Shown piece after piece: positions 7,509 to 18,874 of a stretch of 64,000 nt of DNA. Position 1 is the first letter of the stretch; each line of letters opens with the position of its first letter. The position numbers and the translations under genes were made by a program. The notes under the pieces were generated by a model that saw only the letters and a program-made list of their open reading frames with translations, did no database searches and was not told where the DNA came from. Source of the DNA: Escherichia phage Bp7; the sequence record NC_019500.1; one strand, given 5' to 3'.

Positions 7509-9593
7509 ATGACCGAACAATTAAATGAAGTGTTTGAGTCCGAAGGCACACTGCCTACAGTAAACTTGAACCCAAAACTTAAAGTACCCCAGATTTGGAA
7601 GATTGGTGACGCAGAATCCCAATTAGTGGCGCGTATGGTATCCTACGCTTCTGAAGGTGATGCTATTAAACAGGTTAAGATGGGTGATAAATATGCCCAC
7701 GTTATCCTTATGAGCCTTTCAGCTAAAGGTTCGCCTGCCGAACTTAAAGGTGGCCTAGGCCCTACTCCCGTAGATGCGATTAATACTATTTTTGATGTGG
7801 TTTATGACCAAGTTAAAAAGCTTCGTATGGATGCCGTGATGTTCCGTTTCCCTACTAAGAAAATGAAAGGTCAAGGCCCTATCGTTCAACGGATTATCCA
7901 ACGTTTGGTAGCACAGAAAACAGGTGGACGTTTTAAAGTAGTTCCGGCTATGTACCAATTTACCGGTAAACATACTTATATCCTAGTAGTTCGTAAACAG
8001 GCTGATATCGAAGATATCAAAGGTATGCCAGGAATTAATGCCGAATTATACACTAAGGTAGATTCTGATGTCGGTGAAGTTTATATTTCTAAAAAAGAAG
8101 GCGTGCAGGTTACTAAAGAAACTGCTATTGCCGGCAGTATTGCTAAAGTTGAAGAACGTCGCACTGATAAAATGGTTATAACCAAGACTAAGATTTCTCG
8201 TCGTGCCATTGCAGCAAGTCAATCGTTAGAATCTTATCGTAATGAAAGTGAACTGTTTAAGAAATATGAAGCAAATGCCGTAGATTTTAATAAACCTGCA
8301 ACAGCTCCATTAATCCCTGAGGCCCAGGAAATGGTTACTAATAACAATTCTCCCGCGGCTAAAAATAAGGTTGCTAATATAGTAGCTGAAGGTACTGCTG
8401 AAGAATTGCATTATGATTATAAAATGTTTCCTCTTCACGGTATAGGTGAAATCCAAGAGAAAATTAAAGATAAAATTCTTGCGGCCATCAAAAACGAACC
8501 TTTGACATCTGTTAAAGCTCTAGAAAAATATGCCTCTGCTATTAATACCGTTTTCGAAGAATACAAAGGTGAATGGCTGGCCCGGCATAACAAAACTCGT
8601 AAAGGCCAACCTGACGACCTCTGGAATGAATTGACCGATGCGAAGTGGAAAGCCGCCAAGACCAAGTTCATTAAAAAACGTGTATATAGTTTTGCCGGTG
8701 TAGGTGGCGGTATTATGGTCGATATTACTATTGCTCGTGAGGGCTCTAAATATACCCCATCACAAAAGCGCGGCATCAGAGAATATTGTGGCTCAGGATA
8801 TACAGACATAAATAATCTTCTTTTAGGACGCTATAACCCTCAGAACTATGAGGTTATGGGCGAAAAAGATATCGAATCTGCAGTTAATAATTTGGATTCT
8901 GCTTTTGAAAATGGCGACCGTATACCAGAAGGCATCACAGTTTATCGTGCACAGAGTATGACTGCTCCTATATACGAAGCACTAGTTAAAAATAAAGTGT
9001 TCTATTTCAGAAATTTTGTATCCACTTCATTGACTCCTATCATTTTTGGACGTTTTGGTGTTACACACGCCGGTATCGGTCTTTTAGAACCGGAAGTTCG
9101 CGATGAATTGACAGTCGATAAAAATGAAGAAGGAATAACTATTAATCCTAATGAAATAAGAGCATATAAAGAAAATCCTGATTATGTTAAAGTTCAAATA
9201 GGATGGGCTATTGATGGGGCTCATAAAGTTAATGTCGTATATCCAGGAAATCTCGGAATAGAAACTGAAGCCGAAGTTATTCTACCGCGTGGATTAATGG
9301 TCAAAGTTAATAAAATAACAGATGCTTCTAATAATGATGGAACAACATCTAGTAATACAAAACTCATCCAAGCTGAAGTTATGACAACAGATGAGCTTCA
9401 AGAATCTGTGGTATATGATGGTGACGTACTAATGGAAACCGGCGAGTTGGTCGTATATAAAGATGACTTCGATACTTCCGAAAGCCCTGTATCTTTTGAT
9501 TCATTTGTTAAATCTACACGGTTTGATGTATTGCCTCTTTTGGCTTCATGCATAGACCTCTATGACATCCCAGAAAAATTCATCCAAGGGTAA
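7509..9593 (+). CDS. Alt-like ADP-ribosyltransferase, divergent paralog 1
   Basis: 694 aa; ART R/STS/ExE elements (QKRGIREYCGSGY, FYFRNFVSTS, ETEAEVILPRGL); N-terminal LNE motif consistent with prohead protease processing. Confidence 0.85.
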   Translation: MTEQLNEVFESEGTLPTVNLNPKLKVPQIWKIGDAESQLVARMVSYASEGDAIKQVKMGDKYAHVILMSLSAKGSPAELKGGLGPTPVDAINTIFDVVYDQVKKLRMDAVMFRFPTKKMKGQGPIVQRIIQRLVAQKTGGRFKVVPAMYQFTGKHTYILVVRKQADIEDIKGMPGINAELYTKVDSDVGEVYISKKEGVQVTKETAIAGSIAKVEERRTDKMVITKTKISRRAIAASQSLESYRNESELFKKYEANAVDFNKPATAPLIPEAQEMVTNNNSPAAKNKVANIVAEGTAEELHYDYKMFPLHGIGEIQEKIKDKILAAIKNEPLTSVKALEKYASAINTVFEEYKGEWLARHNKTRKGQPDDLWNELTDAKWKAAKTKFIKKRVYSFAGVGGGIMVDITIAREGSKYTPSQKRGIREYCGSGYTDINNLLLGRYNPQNYEVMGEKDIESAVNNLDSAFENGDRIPEGITVYRAQSMTAPIYEALVKNKVFYFRNFVSTSLTPIIFGRFGVTHAGIGLLEPEVRDELTVDKNEEGITINPNEIRAYKENPDYVKVQIGWAIDGAHKVNVVYPGNLGIETEAEVILPRGLMVKVNKITDASNNDGTTSSNTKLIQAEVMTTDELQESVVYDGDVLMETGELVVYKDDFDTSESPVSFDSFVKSTRFDVLPLLASCIDLYDIPEKFIQG

Positions 9594-11648
9594 ATGATGG
9601 AAAATTTAAACGAAGTTTTTGATAGCGATTCCGCTAAAAACTATCCAGTAATAAATCTTAAACCAGGTTCCGGTATCCCACAGATTTTCTCTATTAAAGC
9701 ACCGGGTAATGATAACCTGGTTGCTCGTATGGTATCTTATGCGTCTCAAGGAGACGCTATTAAAATGGTTAAGCCGGGCGACAAATATGTCCACGTTATT
9801 CTAATGAGTTTGTCAAGCAAGGGTGCTCCGGCTGAACTCAAAGGTGGTCTTGGTTCTGACCCACTCGGTACGCTGAATACCATTTTTGATACTGTATACG
9901 AACAAGTAAACAAACTTAAAATGGATGCGGTTTTATTCCGTTTCCCTACCAAGAAAATGAAAGGTAAGGGCCCTACTGTTCAGCGTGTATTAGCTCGTTT
10001 GGCTATGGCTCGTACTGGTGGTAAGTTTAAAGTTGTTGATGCCATGTACCAATTCACTGGAAAACATACCTATGTTCTTTTAGTACGTCGTGGCACTAAT
10101 ATTGAAGATATCAAGGGTATGCCTGAAATTGATGCCGAACTTTATACTAAGGTTGAGTCCAAAGTTGGCGAAGTTTATGTTTCTAAGGAAACCGGCCAGT
10201 CCGTAAGTAAGGCCGAAGCTGTCTCGGCAAGTATAGCTAAGGTTGAAGAGAAACGTACTGATAAGGCCGTCATTACCAAGACTAAGATTTCTCGTCGTGC
10301 TATTGCTATGTCGCAATCCTTAGAATCGTCACGATTTGAAACTCCTATGTTTAAGAAATTTGATTCTAATGCTGCTGAATTGAATAAACCGGCTACGGCT
10401 CCTTTAATGTCAGAAGCAAATGAAATAAAGGTTATTTCTAATTCTTTCTTGGCTTTAGAAAATACCATTAGTGCTAATACTGGTGGTATGTCGTTTAAAG
10501 ACAACCTTCTTATTCCAGAAGATAAAATGGAAGAAATTAATACCGACATAAAAATGAGAGCTTTTGAGAAATTACATGGATTAAATGTGACTTCAGTAAA
10601 AGCCCTAGAAAATTATGCTTCAGTGGTTGATGACGTCATCGAAGAATATAAAGGTCCTTGGCTTCAAAAGCTAATGGCTCAACATTCACACCTAGGTTAT
10701 CACGAAGCAGTCGAGTTGGCTGAAAATTCTTGGAATGCTATAAAGACCAAAATTATTCAACGTGAGCTGCGTGTTTACGCTCTTACCGCCGGTTGGCAAT
10801 TGCATTCTATTATAGAAAATAAAGACGCGTCTCGTTATACTCCTGCCCAGAAACGTGGTATTCGTGAATATGTTGGCTCCGGTTACGAAGATATGAATAA
10901 TGTTCTTTTAGGTCTCCATGACCCGAATGTAAGAAGCAGTATTCTGACTAATGAAGACATAGAAAAAGCTATCAATAACTTAGATTCTGCTTTTGAAAAT
11001 GGCGAACGTCTACCACCAGGTATTACTCTTTATCGTTCCCAACGAATGATTCCTGATATTTACTTGGCTATGATTAGCAATAAAGTATTCTATTTCAGAA
11101 ACTTTGTTTCAACTGCGATATATCCGAATATTTTTGGTACATGGATGACTGATTCTGGTGTTGGTCTTTTGCCTGACGAAAAACGTCGTGATGTTGCATT
11201 AGACAAATCGGATGAAGGTTTAGTATATTCGAATAAAGATACTTTAGTAGGTATTGGTTGGGCCTTTACCGGTACAGATAAGGTAAATGTCGTTTTACCT
11301 GGTGGAGACTTGGCTCCTTCTAACGAAATGGAAGTAATTCTTCCTAGGGGTTTGATGGTCAAAATCAATAAAATTACAGATGCTTCATACAATAACGGAA
11401 CTACTCGTTCTAACAATAAGTTCGTTCAAGCCGAAGTAATGACTGCAGACGAACTTAATGAAGCCGTGGTGTACGATGGTGATGCTCTGATGGAAACAGG
11501 CGAACTAGTTGTCTATAAAGAGGGTAATGAGCTTTCTTTTGATTCTTTTGTTTCTAATGAGAAGAAAAAGAAATCAGACAGAGGTCTTGGCTTGTTAGCT
11601 TCTTGTATAGATATCGACGCTCTCCAGTATAAATTTGTACAAGGGTAG
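9594..11648 (+). CDS. alt: Alt ADP-ribosyltransferase (packaged, modifies host RNA polymerase), paralog 2
   Basis: 684 aa; QKRGIREYVGSGY, FYFRNFVSTA, NEMEVILPRGL, C-terminal LLASCIDI...KFVQG shared with paralog 1. Confidence 0.88.
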   Translation: MMENLNEVFDSDSAKNYPVINLKPGSGIPQIFSIKAPGNDNLVARMVSYASQGDAIKMVKPGDKYVHVILMSLSSKGAPAELKGGLGSDPLGTLNTIFDTVYEQVNKLKMDAVLFRFPTKKMKGKGPTVQRVLARLAMARTGGKFKVVDAMYQFTGKHTYVLLVRRGTNIEDIKGMPEIDAELYTKVESKVGEVYVSKETGQSVSKAEAVSASIAKVEEKRTDKAVITKTKISRRAIAMSQSLESSRFETPMFKKFDSNAAELNKPATAPLMSEANEIKVISNSFLALENTISANTGGMSFKDNLLIPEDKMEEINTDIKMRAFEKLHGLNVTSVKALENYASVVDDVIEEYKGPWLQKLMAQHSHLGYHEAVELAENSWNAIKTKIIQRELRVYALTAGWQLHSIIENKDASRYTPAQKRGIREYVGSGYEDMNNVLLGLHDPNVRSSILTNEDIEKAINNLDSAFENGERLPPGITLYRSQRMIPDIYLAMISNKVFYFRNFVSTAIYPNIFGTWMTDSGVGLLPDEKRRDVALDKSDEGLVYSNKDTLVGIGWAFTGTDKVNVVLPGGDLAPSNEMEVILPRGLMVKINKITDASYNNGTTRSNNKFVQAEVMTADELNEAVVYDGDALMETGELVVYKEGNELSFDSFVSNEKKKKSDRGLGLLASCIDIDALQYKFVQG

Positions 11649-11677
11649 TTTACAAACGCCAAGGATGGTGGTACTAT
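11648..11677 (+). promoter_or_regulatory. early promoter GTTTACA-N17-TACTAT
   Basis: Same architecture as cassettes at 2789, 28271 and 63854; -35 overlaps alt stop. Confidence 0.45.
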
Positions 11678-11705
11678 TACCTTACACAAACATGAGGAGA
11701 ACATT

Positions 11706-11996
11706 ATGAAATCTGCATTCCGCTTTAACGGTCAAGAACTGGTAGTTGAAAACGTTATCCCTGCTTCCGAAGAGTTTGACAGTGCAGTTGGTAATGAATT
11801 GCGTCGAGTTTTCGGTGAAGATAAGCAATTTGATATCCGTCCTGTTGAGAACTTTTCTCATCCGGAACAAACCGAAAACATTTTTAATGGTGTAGTGACT
11901 GGTCAGCTTGAATCTGAAGCTCCTATTTCAGTTACGGTGTTTGTTAAAAAGCAACCACTAATGACTGCAGCAGGTTTCATTTCGTTCCGTAAATAA
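11706..11996 (+). CDS. hypothetical protein (alt-downstream position)
   Basis: 96-aa ORF with GAGGAG RBS, followed by terminator. Confidence 0.5.
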   Translation: MKSAFRFNGQELVVENVIPASEEFDSAVGNELRRVFGEDKQFDIRPVENFSHPEQTENIFNGVVTGQLESEAPISVTVFVKKQPLMTAAGFISFRK

Positions 11997-12005
11997 ACCC
12001 CTAAA

Positions 12006-12030
12006 GGAGAGCGTACGCTCTCCTTTTTTG
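12006..12030 (+). terminator. hairpin GGAGAGCGTACGCTCTCC plus TTTTTTG
   Basis: Read directly; at the convergence of plus early genes and minus late genes. Confidence 0.6.
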
Positions 12031-12042
12031 TTATAGCAACCT

Positions 12043-12984
12043 CTATATTCCATTATTAATAGCACGCCCGCCGAATGTATTAACTAATCCTGTTAATCCA
12101 CTAGAAGCTCCTGAAAGTCTACTTAATTTGGCCACTGAAGAACTCAGGGAATTGCTCTCACTTATACCCGCCACGCCTTTAAGGACTTTATCTTCCAGCC
12201 ATTCGTAAGCAGCCTGTTTACCGACTGCGCCTGTCTGTACACTTCTATAAGCAAATGTAACATCAAACGAAGCAATTTGGTTATCGCCGTCGTAAGATAA
12301 TTCCGGGGAAGATACGCTCACAGGAACGCAACCATTAAGCATTACTACCGTATGTGGTAATCCATTACGGGAATGAAGGTTGACTTGAATGTCAGCTTCA
12401 ACATCCTCCGGTAATGCTCTTAATTGTGTAATAGGGTCTTGAACACTATTGACCCAATCATTAAAAGCACGGTAGTTAGCAGCTTCAGAATCCATACGGA
12501 AGCTTAATACTAATGGAGAATATTCTCTTCCGGTAATTTTGATGTTAGGTGAGTTGTGGTTCAAATCCATTTCATAGTTCAAAGTATTATCCGGGATTTT
12601 AACGGCGTGGACTAAAAGACCTGCCGTAGGATAGGCCATATTGAAAAAATCCATCAGATATGTACCTACTTCAAACTCCCCTAGTAAGCTCTGCACAACC
12701 CTGGATGACATAGCTCCAATCAAATATTTACTTATGCCTGACTTACGAATCAACTTCTGAGTGCCCGCTGTCACTAATGTCGTAACACCTTGGGTCAACT
12801 CTCCTTGTGTAATACCAAACAAATCGCTATTCAATGGGATATTGTTAAATAAAGCTCCACCGAACTGGTCGAGGAGCGTCTGAGATTTAGAAGAAGGAAC
12901 TGTGGCAAATACCACACTAAACAGGTTATTCCTTTGTAGGTCAATATTAATTGCCTGATTCTGAAATTCTTGTAAAGTATACAT
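12043..12984 (-). CDS. 54: baseplate tail-tube initiator
   Basis: 313 aa; size and position as T4 gp54, end of hub operon. Confidence 0.85.
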   Translation of the reverse strand: MYTLQEFQNQAINIDLQRNNLFSVVFATVPSSKSQTLLDQFGGALFNNIPLNSDLFGITQGELTQGVTTLVTAGTQKLIRKSGISKYLIGAMSSRVVQSLLGEFEVGTYLMDFFNMAYPTAGLLVHAVKIPDNTLNYEMDLNHNSPNIKITGREYSPLVLSFRMDSEAANYRAFNDWVNSVQDPITQLRALPEDVEADIQVNLHSRNGLPHTVVMLNGCVPVSVSSPELSYDGDNQIASFDVTFAYRSVQTGAVGKQAAYEWLEDKVLKGVAGISESNSLSSSVAKLSRLSGASSGLTGLVNTFGGRAINNGI

Positions 12985-14072
12985 TAGAATCCTTCCGTAT
13001 AAAGTGAGCCACGGTTCAGAGTAATAATTTCACGGAAAGTAACTTCTAAACTAAACGTAGATGGTAAGTTAGGAGCAATAGCCAATCCGTTAAAATGGCC
13101 GTCCGGAGTTTTATCAAAACGGATACTCTGGATTTGGCATGGGCCAAAAATATCTTCACGACCATCATATGAACTGCTATCACCAAAGTTTCGGATATAC
13201 CAAATGGTTGGGTTACTTACCACAATAACATTAGAAAGGAAGCTTGTAATACTTTCCCCTAATAGCTTACCATCAAACTTGTCAATAGCTTCTTTTTTAA
13301 ATGTAGAACGATACCAAGTATCAATCTTCTCTTTTAATTCACCTGCGAAAGCCGAATTACCCGTTTCGCCGTAAGAATAATAGTTGAAGATTTCGTATAT
13401 TTTAATAATCTGGATAAGGTCTTGGGCATTTCGTGGAGTCATTTCCCAAGTGAATACCTTAGTACGGTTATCCGGACCGGCGTACATACTACGAGCTGTA
13501 GTGTATATCTGTTCGCCTGAATCAGCCATTACGCCGTTAGTCACAGATTCTAATGCACCAAATACCGCGGTACTAGCAACGTTACTTAAAATACCTGTAG
13601 CAGTACCACCGCCTTTAGTAATTAAGGACTCACCAACATCATTAAATTTGTGTGATACGGAATCCACATCAGATTTAGAACGAGGTAAAAGGATATTAGC
13701 TAAGGCTTGGGTATCAAATTTAACGCCCTTAGTATTTCCACCAAATAAGTTTTTAACAGCACTATATGTTCCACTATTGCCTGTTAATTTGCTGGCTGCA
13801 CTTGAGAACTTTTTAGTCATTTGACTCGAACGGTCGTTACGCAAATCCGGAGATACACGAGAACTAAAATTATATGCGGTAAAAAGCAATCCATTTTTAT
13901 AGAGGTCGTTTAATACCATATCGGTTGAGGTATCATTACCTGAAGCACGCTCAGCTGGATACTGAGCGGTTACCGTGGTTTTTATTGCTGGTGTTTTAGA
14001 TTGACCTGCGGAGGTCTTTGAACCTCCTTTAAACAAGGAGGCTACATCAAAGTCAAGTTCTTTTACTTTCAT
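12984..14072 (-). CDS. 48: baseplate tail-tube cap
   Basis: 362 aa; synteny and size as T4 gp48. Confidence 0.85.
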   Translation of the reverse strand: MKVKELDFDVASLFKGGSKTSAGQSKTPAIKTTVTAQYPAERASGNDTSTDMVLNDLYKNGLLFTAYNFSSRVSPDLRNDRSSQMTKKFSSAASKLTGNSGTYSAVKNLFGGNTKGVKFDTQALANILLPRSKSDVDSVSHKFNDVGESLITKGGGTATGILSNVASTAVFGALESVTNGVMADSGEQIYTTARSMYAGPDNRTKVFTWEMTPRNAQDLIQIIKIYEIFNYYSYGETGNSAFAGELKEKIDTWYRSTFKKEAIDKFDGKLLGESITSFLSNVIVVSNPTIWYIRNFGDSSSYDGREDIFGPCQIQSIRFDKTPDGHFNGLAIAPNLPSTFSLEVTFREIITLNRGSLYTEGF

Positions 14073-14080
14073 TATTAATC

Positions 14081-15817
14081 CTAATTAACTTTAGTAGCTT
14101 GACGCATACCAGGGGCCGGAGTAGAGGACTGTGGAGGTAAATTATAGCTTGTCTTACTCGTTTTCTTGATATTCGTTTGCTGATTTATTTGAGTTGGAGC
14201 TTGCTGACTATATTTAGCATTTTCCTTTGCTCTCATTTGCTCATCAACCTTTTTAACCTGGGTATTTTCAGGAGATTCCGCTACAGAAGCAGGTTTAGGC
14301 TTTTCAGCTTCATTAAATTTCTCTAAAGATTTATTCATCTTATCAAGTAATTGCTGGATATTAAGGTCCTTCGGTGCTCCGCCTTTAGCCATAATAGGGT
14401 CGGCCAATTGTTTCTCGATATCAGCTTTAAATGCTTTGGCATTTTCGATATCTTTAGAATCAGGCTTCATTATATTATCGGCAGTTTGAGTCAAACGAAT
14501 AATATCAGCCTGGGCTTTATCACGTTTCTTGAAATACTCTAAACGTTCTTCTTCAGGGAGGTCACGGAAGCTTGTGTCAATTCCACCTGCGCGTAATTGG
14601 TCAGCTTGTTCTTTAGTAAGATTACCGTATTTCTCTGCCTGGTTTATAAGCTCAGGTTTATCCTTATACTTCTTATTCATTTTCTCGGCTGTTTCTAAAG
14701 CCTCAGCAGAACGTCTATCATGGTACTTGGCTACTTTAGTTTGGTCTTCGACATCCAAAGTGGCTCCGGTATTTTGTTGATACGACATTAAAGCAGAAGC
14801 CTCTACGTTTTCAGCCAACTCACCCATACCAGGTATTTTGCTTAAAATAGCAGAAATCAACTTAGAAATACCGAGCATTAAAAGCTGGGCCATATTTTTA
14901 GTAAGATTAACCATACCACGAATAATGGCTTCAGCCAGACCTAACCAGTTCCCTTCACTAAACATAGCTTCGGCATTCTTGGCCCATGTCATTAATCCTT
15001 CAAGTAACGGGCCCCACTCTTTAAACTTATCATTAAATTCTTTCCACCCTGACTCAAATTGGTCCATGAAATATTGGAAGTACACACGAATGGCATCTAT
15101 ACCAAATATTAAAAGGACTAAACCTGCGGCGAGTTTAGCAGCTTCAGCGGCAGCGGTAATGGTATACTTAAAAAGCATGCCTGAAATTCTATCAGCGACG
15201 CCTATAGAAGCTTTAAATCCCTTTTCAGTTATTTTAGTAAGGGCTTCAATTTTATCAGAAAGAGAAGTCTTATCACCTTCTTTACCTTCATCTGAATTTT
15301 TAGGAGGCTCGGGCATAAATTCAGCGTCAGGTTTATTATCTTCAGGCGGAAGAATATCTTCAACAACAGCAGGAACTTTAGGAGTTTCGGCCTTAGGTTC
15401 TTCTGGAATAGAGTCTTCAATAACCTTTAATGAACTCCCTTCCGGTGGAATAGAAATACCAGAAAATTTAGCCTCTAACATATTAGAAAGCTTATTAATC
15501 TTTTCGTTTAGTGCATCCGAAAGAGCTTTAGATTGTTGAGTTTGTTCTGATATAGCTTCAGCCGTTAATTCTGTCCCAGCAACAACATCTTGGACGCTTT
15601 TATCTACTCGGTCTACAGAACTAATAATCTGATTGGACTTTGTCTCAACCACTTCAGAGAGCAATTCAGACGCCGCCTGGGAATCGGATAAAACATCTGA
15701 TATATTTCCTAATTCGTCGTTCTGAGTTTGGGCTAGCGCCTCAGCACGACGCTGAGGAGCCATTTCTTCAATCAGTTTATTGCGACGAAAACTATTCTGA
15801 TTAGATTCGTTCTTCAT
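14081..15817 (-). CDS. 29: baseplate hub / tail length tape-measure protein
   Basis: 578 aa; size and position as T4 gp29. Confidence 0.85.
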   Translation of the reverse strand: MKNESNQNSFRRNKLIEEMAPQRRAEALAQTQNDELGNISDVLSDSQAASELLSEVVETKSNQIISSVDRVDKSVQDVVAGTELTAEAISEQTQQSKALSDALNEKINKLSNMLEAKFSGISIPPEGSSLKVIEDSIPEEPKAETPKVPAVVEDILPPEDNKPDAEFMPEPPKNSDEGKEGDKTSLSDKIEALTKITEKGFKASIGVADRISGMLFKYTITAAAEAAKLAAGLVLLIFGIDAIRVYFQYFMDQFESGWKEFNDKFKEWGPLLEGLMTWAKNAEAMFSEGNWLGLAEAIIRGMVNLTKNMAQLLMLGISKLISAILSKIPGMGELAENVEASALMSYQQNTGATLDVEDQTKVAKYHDRRSAEALETAEKMNKKYKDKPELINQAEKYGNLTKEQADQLRAGGIDTSFRDLPEEERLEYFKKRDKAQADIIRLTQTADNIMKPDSKDIENAKAFKADIEKQLADPIMAKGGAPKDLNIQQLLDKMNKSLEKFNEAEKPKPASVAESPENTQVKKVDEQMRAKENAKYSQQAPTQINQQTNIKKTSKTSYNLPPQSSTPAPGMRQATKVN

Positions 15818-16328
15818 TTAAGATATCCATGATTTTAAGCAATCCTTTGATAGGACCATTAGGACCAGGGATAGCTATAGTAGAAGTTATATCGTCGGCC
15901 CATGTAGCAACAAAGGCAGGCATATCCAGAAAATCTGGTACATCATCACCAAGGTAAAGGGACTGTAATACACTATCAACAGGTCCAAATGTTTGAAATG
16001 GTTCATGTGATTTAAATTTAAATGTTTTACCTTGGAATTGGAATTCAAGTCGTTGGCAGATATAAAGGTCATTTAAGTTATAAGTAAACCCGTCTTTGGT
16101 TACTTTACTTTTTAATCTTCCGTTGAATTCTAAAAGGTGAAGAGCGGCAAAATCGGTCTCTGCCGCGGATAAATCTTTATAAATGGAATTCATTAATATG
16201 TGAAGAGCCTTGTAAGGGTCTTTTTCATCTTTAACCAATTTCTGGTGTTTAAGACCCAATTTAGGAATAGAAATCTCTTTATCACCCAGCGTTATTTTCT
16301 TGATCGGGAGTATCAGTTTTAAGTTCAT
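15801..16328 (-). CDS. 28: baseplate hub distal subunit
   Basis: Start placed at [11 protein letters not shown] matching remembered T4 gp28 N-terminus. Confidence 0.8.
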   Translation of the reverse strand: MNLKLILPIKKITLGDKEISIPKLGLKHQKLVKDEKDPYKALHILMNSIYKDLSAAETDFAALHLLEFNGRLKSKVTKDGFTYNLNDLYICQRLEFQFQGKTFKFKSHEPFQTFGPVDSVLQSLYLGDDVPDFLDMPAFVATWADDITSTIAIPGPNGPIKGLLKIMDILNEERI

Positions 16329-17451
16329 TTTTAACCTTCGGTGGTTCTTCAATCTTAATAGGCTTACCATTAGTAAACATATAAAGGTTTGTAATTGATG
16401 TATTGTTACTCACTTCATGAATAACTTCGTCTACATAAAAATCGTATTGGAATTGGTTTTTAGGGTCATAGAAATTAATCTTATCGCCTGGAGTTAGTTC
16501 AAAGTTACCGTATACCTTACAATGCGCGTAGCCGTCGTATTGGGCCATAGTAACTAATCTATCGGCTTCTTCAAATCCGTTTCGGTAGGTATAATCAGAA
16601 TATCCACCAGAGCGAGAAACCAATATACTGTTTTGCCCATCGCCAAAAGTAATTCGTGTGGCGTTTTTGTCTAAGAAAGAGTGGGCGTATATAGTAGCGT
16701 TTTCATATGGCTTTCTGGAATGCTGGTTGGCTTTAGTTAACCATTCAAAATCAAATGCGATAGGAGTATCCATATCTTGAACGTATTGGCCTATTAAACG
16801 CGGCTCACCCACCACAAAATTAATTGGCTCTTGATTAACCATAAATTCATAGTCCATAATAGAAATACCATCTATATCTTCCCAGACAAATACAAATTTA
16901 TCAGATTCAACGGCCATACCTACTTCTCGTACAAATTCCATATAACGGTCCATTGAATCGCACCAAGGGACATTAGGAACATAAACGTTTATCCCGTTCA
17001 ATGGAGGTGCAAGAAGTGGACGGTCTTGGTAAATAACACCAATCATTTCTGTTAATGTTTCTTGAACACTAGGGAAGAACATACGCCCGAATTTAAGATT
17101 TTCTAAAAAGTGGATTGGGGCGAGTTGTATTGTTATGATATTGTCGCCCTTCGAATCCACTCCTACAGCAAAGTGTTTGCTTCCATAAATTCTTGACTGG
17201 GTACGCTCGGAGTTAGCGTTCTTAACAGAAATTTGGATAATCTGCTCACCGTCCATTTTAGTATGAAGGTTCTTTGCATCATAAAACTGGAGCAGCCCTT
17301 CATTACTACCGTAAAGCCCATCTCGCATTGTTAGAGTAGTAAATGTTGCGCCTAGTTCAACAAAACGATGCTCTAACCAGGCGTCATAATCTTCGTAAAG
17401 GCGTATACTGATATTAGGAAAGCCTTCACGTTGCATAGTTTTTGAACTCAT
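16282..17451 (-). CDS. 27: baseplate hub subunit
   Basis: 389 aa; synteny and size. Confidence 0.88.
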   Translation of the reverse strand: MSSKTMQREGFPNISIRLYEDYDAWLEHRFVELGATFTTLTMRDGLYGSNEGLLQFYDAKNLHTKMDGEQIIQISVKNANSERTQSRIYGSKHFAVGVDSKGDNIITIQLAPIHFLENLKFGRMFFPSVQETLTEMIGVIYQDRPLLAPPLNGINVYVPNVPWCDSMDRYMEFVREVGMAVESDKFVFVWEDIDGISIMDYEFMVNQEPINFVVGEPRLIGQYVQDMDTPIAFDFEWLTKANQHSRKPYENATIYAHSFLDKNATRITFGDGQNSILVSRSGGYSDYTYRNGFEEADRLVTMAQYDGYAHCKVYGNFELTPGDKINFYDPKNQFQYDFYVDEVIHEVSNNTSITNLYMFTNGKPIKIEEPPKVKNELKTDTPDQENNAG

Positions 17452-18200
17452 TTCTTAAGGTCCTTTTCAACCAAAGACAAAGCAATACCGCGTTCGATTG
17501 GAATCATCTGCATAATGCTTTCTAATGAATAATTGTTCTTTACCAATAAATGGTTTATTTGGTAAAATAAAAATATCTCATCCGGATTGACTATAAGCTT
17601 AAACACCTCTAAAATATCGGTATACGTAATTGTTCTACGATTACAGCACCCATATTTGAGTTCGAAATGAATAGGGCTAGTTTGTTTAACTATATCCTCT
17701 AAAGTGGATAAGTCAATAGCATCTATTACGGCTAATTGGTCCTCTTCTGAAAGGTCTGACCAATTATATTTTCCGTTTTCATCTTCTACGGTTTGGAGGG
17801 TGTTCAAAATCAATTCAGATTTATCGTGATATTCTATTTCCGGAAATTTGAATGTTAGCTTCAAGCCTGCCACTTCAATTGTAGGGTTATCTAACTTGGC
17901 CTGTTTCAAATTGAATAAGACTTGTCTATCCTTTTCACACTTACTGCAAGTGTATCGGATAGGAATTTTTGTCTTGCCGAGTGATGACGTGTAAAGTTCA
18001 ATGAACATATACGGGCGCCATGACATAGGATATTCACCGAAGTATTCTTCCAGTAACTCATCTAAAATTTGTTTTTGCTCTTCAGGCGATTTATTATTCA
18101 TGTCATTTCGAATCAAAATAAAATCACGATAATCAGCTACTGTAAAAGGTTTAAATCGGTGGACTCCATCAGGCATTTCACAACGTACTATATTAGCCAT
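17448..18200 (-). CDS. 51: baseplate hub assembly catalyst
   Basis: Start placed at [19 protein letters not shown] matching remembered T4 gp51. Confidence 0.85.
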   Translation of the reverse strand: MANIVRCEMPDGVHRFKPFTVADYRDFILIRNDMNNKSPEEQKQILDELLEEYFGEYPMSWRPYMFIELYTSSLGKTKIPIRYTCSKCEKDRQVLFNLKQAKLDNPTIEVAGLKLTFKFPEIEYHDKSELILNTLQTVEDENGKYNWSDLSEEDQLAVIDAIDLSTLEDIVKQTSPIHFELKYGCCNRRTITYTDILEVFKLIVNPDEIFLFYQINHLLVKNNYSLESIMQMIPIERGIALSLVEKDLKK

Positions 18201-18220
18201 AGGGTGTCCTCTTATTGATG

Positions 18221-18232
18221 TATTTATAAATA
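18221..18232. promoter_or_regulatory. divergent overlapping late promoters (TATAAATA on both strands) for 51 and 26
   Basis: tatttataaata gives TATAAATA on each strand. Confidence 0.5.
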
Positions 18233-18250
18233 AGCTTAAAGGAGAAGACA

Positions 18251-18874
18251 ATGAATTATACTTTTGACGTAAAAATTAAAAACAAAACCATAAAATGCAG
18301 AGCATTTACCCTCAGAGAGTATAAGGACTTGCTCCAAGCTAAATTAGAAGGCAGAATAGAGTCCTTTATCAATGAACTCATTTCGAATTGCACAGATGCT
18401 CGTGATTTAAACAAGCAAGAATCTGAGCTCCTGGTGATAAACCTGTGGGCCCATTCATTAGCTGAAGTGAATATAGAACGTGAGTGGAGTTGTAGTTGTG
18501 GTCGCTCACAGGTTGTCCCTATGACACTAACTCGAGCAACATTGGGTAAAGAGCCGGATGTTATTAAAGACTTTGGCAACTTTAAAATTGTTTTCAGATA
18601 TCCTAAACTCTTTGAAGATAAAAATAGAGCTATGATGGTCGCCGGGTGTATCGATTATATTTTAACTTCTGCAGGCGAAAAGCTTTTTCTTTCCGATTTA
18701 AGCGATGCGGAACTTGATGACCTTTATTCTGTGATAACAGAAAAAGATATAAAAGAAGTTTATGATGCACTAGTCGCCCCTAAGCCTATTTTGGCTATAC
18801 CTATTTCTTGTGAATGTGGTGAACACACCGTCCACGTTATTGAGGGACTTAAAGAGTTCTTTAAGGTGATGTAA
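18251..18874 (+). CDS. 26: baseplate hub subunit
   Basis: 207 aa; position and size as T4 gp26. Confidence 0.85.
   Translation: MNYTFDVKIKNKTIKCRAFTLREYKDLLQAKLEGRIESFINELISNCTDARDLNKQESELLVINLWAHSLAEVNIEREWSCSCGRSQVVPMTLTRATLGKEPDVIKDFGNFKIVFRYPKLFEDKNRAMMVAGCIDYILTSAGEKLFLSDLSDAELDDLYSVITEKDIKEVYDALVAPKPILAIPISCECGEHTVHVIEGLKEFFKVM

Noticed and set aside
14838-15539. 233-aa plus-strand ORF
   Set aside because: Antisense to gene 29; no start context; shadow ORF
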